Positions 62,201-64,000 of a stretch of DNA of 64,000 nt are shown one piece after another. Each line of letters opens with the position of its first letter. Within the stretch, counting starts at the first letter, position 1. The DNA comes from Centroscyllium fabricii (Eukaryota): assembly GCA_051313645.2 (NCBI GenBank), contig JBNRSN020000089.1, positions 2,294,001-2,358,000 on the forward strand, given 5' to 3'. The notes below the pieces were generated by a model that was not told where the DNA came from, made no database searches, and saw only the letters and a list, made by a program, of their open reading frames with translations. The translations under genes and the position numbers were made by a program.

Positions 62201-64000
62201 TACATCAAACAATATCCATCTGTGTACACTACATCAGACAATATCCATCTCTGTACAATACATCAGACAATGTCCATCTGTGTACAATACATCAGGAAAT
62301 ATCCATCTGTGAACAATACATCAGACAATATCCACCTGTGTACAATACATCCGACAATATCCATCTGTGAACAATACTTCAGACAAAGTCCATCTATGAA
62401 CAATACATCAGACAATGTCCATCTGTGTACCATCCATCAGACAATATCCATCTGTGTACAACACATCAGACAATATCCATCTGTGTACAATATATCAGAC
62501 AATGTCCATCTGTTTACAATTCATCAGAAAATATCCATCTGCGAACAATACATCAGACAATATCCATCTTTGTACAATACATCAGACAATATCCTTCTGT
62601 GTACAATACATCAGACAGTGTCCATCTTGTGTACAATACATCAGACAATGTCGATCTGTGTACAGTACATCAGACAATGTCTATCTGTTAACAATACATG
62701 AGACAATATACATCTGTGAACAATACATCAGACAATGTCCATCTGTGTACAACACATCAGACAATGTCCAGCTGTGTACAATACTTCAGACAATGTCCCT
62801 CTGTGTACAATAAATCAGACAATGTCCATCTGTGTACAATACATCCGACACTATCCATCTGTGAACAATACTTCAGACAAAGTCCATCTATGAACAATAC
62901 ATCAGAAAATGTCCATCTGTGTACCATACATCATACAATATCCATCTGTGTACAATACATCAGACTATATCCATCTGTGTACAATACATCAGACAATGTC
63001 CATCTGTTTACAATAATTCAGACATTATCCATCTATGAACAATACATCAGACAATGTCCATCTGTGAACAATACATCGGACAATGTCCCTCTGTATACAA
63101 TATATCAGACAGTGTCCATCTTGTGTACAATACATCAGACAATGTCCATCTGTGTACAATACATCAGACAATGTCTATCTGTGAACAATACATCAGACAA
63201 TGTCCATCTGTGTACAATACATCAGACAATGTCCATCTGTGTACAATACATCAGACAATGCCCATCTTTTGTACAATACATCAGACAATATCCATCTGTG
63301 TACAATACATCAGACAATGTCCATCTGTGTACAATACATCAGACAACGTCCATCTGTGTACAATAAATCAGACTCTGTCCATCTGTGTACAATACCTCAG
63401 ACAATGTCCATCTATGAACAATAAAGCAGACAATGTCCATCTTGTGTACAATACATCAGACAATGTCCATCTGTGTACAATACATCAGGCAATGTCCAGC
63501 TGTGTACAATACATCAGACAATGTCCCTCTGTGTACAATAAATCAGACAATGTCCATCTGTGTACAATAAATCCGACAATATCCATCTGTGAACAATACT
63601 TCATACAAATTCCATCTATGAACAATACATCAGACAATGTCCATCTGTGTATCATACATCAGACAATATCCATCTGTGAACAATTCATCAGAAAATATCA
63701 ATCTGTGTACAATACATCAGACAATGTCCATCTGTGTACGATACATCAGACAATGTTCATCTCTGTACAACACATCAAACAATGTCCATCTGTGTACAAT
63801 ACATCAGACAATATCCATCTATGAACAATACTTCAGACAATGTCCATCTGTGTACAATACATCAGACAATGTCTATCTGTGAACAATACTTCAGACAATG
63901 TCCATCTGTGTAGTATACATCAGACAATGTCCATCTGTGAACAATACATCAGAAAATGTCCATCTGTGTACAATACATCAGACACTGTCCATCTTGTGTA
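58150..64000 (+). repeat. More diverged block repeat, offset ~4187 bp (~58.15-59.8 kb vs ~62.34-64.0 kb), running off the window end
   Basis: ORF pairs 58228/62415, 58867/63054 and 59013/63200. Shared variants include TCTGTTAACA, CAACGTCC, TACCTCAG and TTCATACAAA. Confidence 0.8.

Larger units (their letters stand above)
1..64000 (+). repeat. Tandem satellite DNA array, 29-bp monomer ACAATACATCAGACAATGTCCATCTGTGT, ~2,200 head-to-tail copies with a recurrent 30-bp variant (CATCTTGTGT)
   Basis: The monomer is readable on every line with no spacer or unique DNA, and no reverse-complement copies were seen. Most copies carry 0-3 substitutions. All + strand ORFs are rotations of one 29-aa peptide (YNTSDNVHLCTIHQTMSICVQYIRQCPSV), which is the translation of three monomers (87 bp). 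Confidence 0.99.

Noticed and set aside
38-63882. Several hundred predicted ORFs as genes, including a zinc-finger-like or repeat protein (Cys/His pattern)
   Set aside because: They overlap in all three frames with the same peptide and are bounded by recurrent stop-creating variants. The DNA period is not a multiple of 3, variation shows no codon-position bias, and there is no C2H2 spacing or linker and no unique termini.
1-64000. CRISPR array (29-bp, partly palindromic repeat)
   Set aside because: The repeats abut directly with no unique spacers, no leader and no cas genes.
1-64000. Long-unit telomeric repeat
   Set aside because: There is no G-rich strand with G runs, and the kb-scale duplicated variant patterns indicate recombinational amplification rather than telomerase templating. 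A subtelomeric location cannot be excluded.
1-64000. p53-like response element AGACAATGTCC, and steroid-receptor half sites (TGTACA/TGAACA)
   Set aside because: The first is one base too long for RRRCWWGYYY and lacks an adjacent second half-site. The second lacks the 3-bp-spaced inverted arrangement.
1-64000. Embedded transposon, inversion or unique island
   Set aside because: None was seen on reading through. All deviations are substitutions or 1-bp indels of the monomer in one orientation.
1-64000. Variant cassettes as a programmed information store or diversity-generating system
   Set aside because: No associated enzyme, expression site or template/variable pairing is present. Nested duplication and conversion are enough to explain the pattern.

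Overview
The whole 64 kb window is one uninterrupted, single-orientation tandem satellite array of about 2,200 copies of a 29-bp monomer (consensus ACAATACATCAGACAATGTCCATCTGTGT, 38% GC, no CpG). It continues past both edges. I find no credible gene, RNA gene, transposon, CRISPR spacer or unique sequence. Every listed ORF is a by-product of a + strand consensus that lacks stop codons and has a length not divisible by 3. The informative signal is the order of monomer variants. It shows fixed multi-monomer cassettes, a loose 610-bp (21-mer) unit, an irregular ~2.2-5 kb cycle with two alternating lineages, and overlapping block duplications with offsets of 7063, 4244, 8167, 3432, 10788/10672, 3372, 5264, 4072 and 4187 bp. 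Private variants also link the two ends of the window at ~59.28 kb. This looks like eukaryotic heterochromatic, possibly (peri)centromeric, satellite with nested higher-order structure. Organism and function cannot be determined from the sequence. Offsets were read by eye from marker variants and the ORF track, and block boundaries are approximate (about +/-100 bp).
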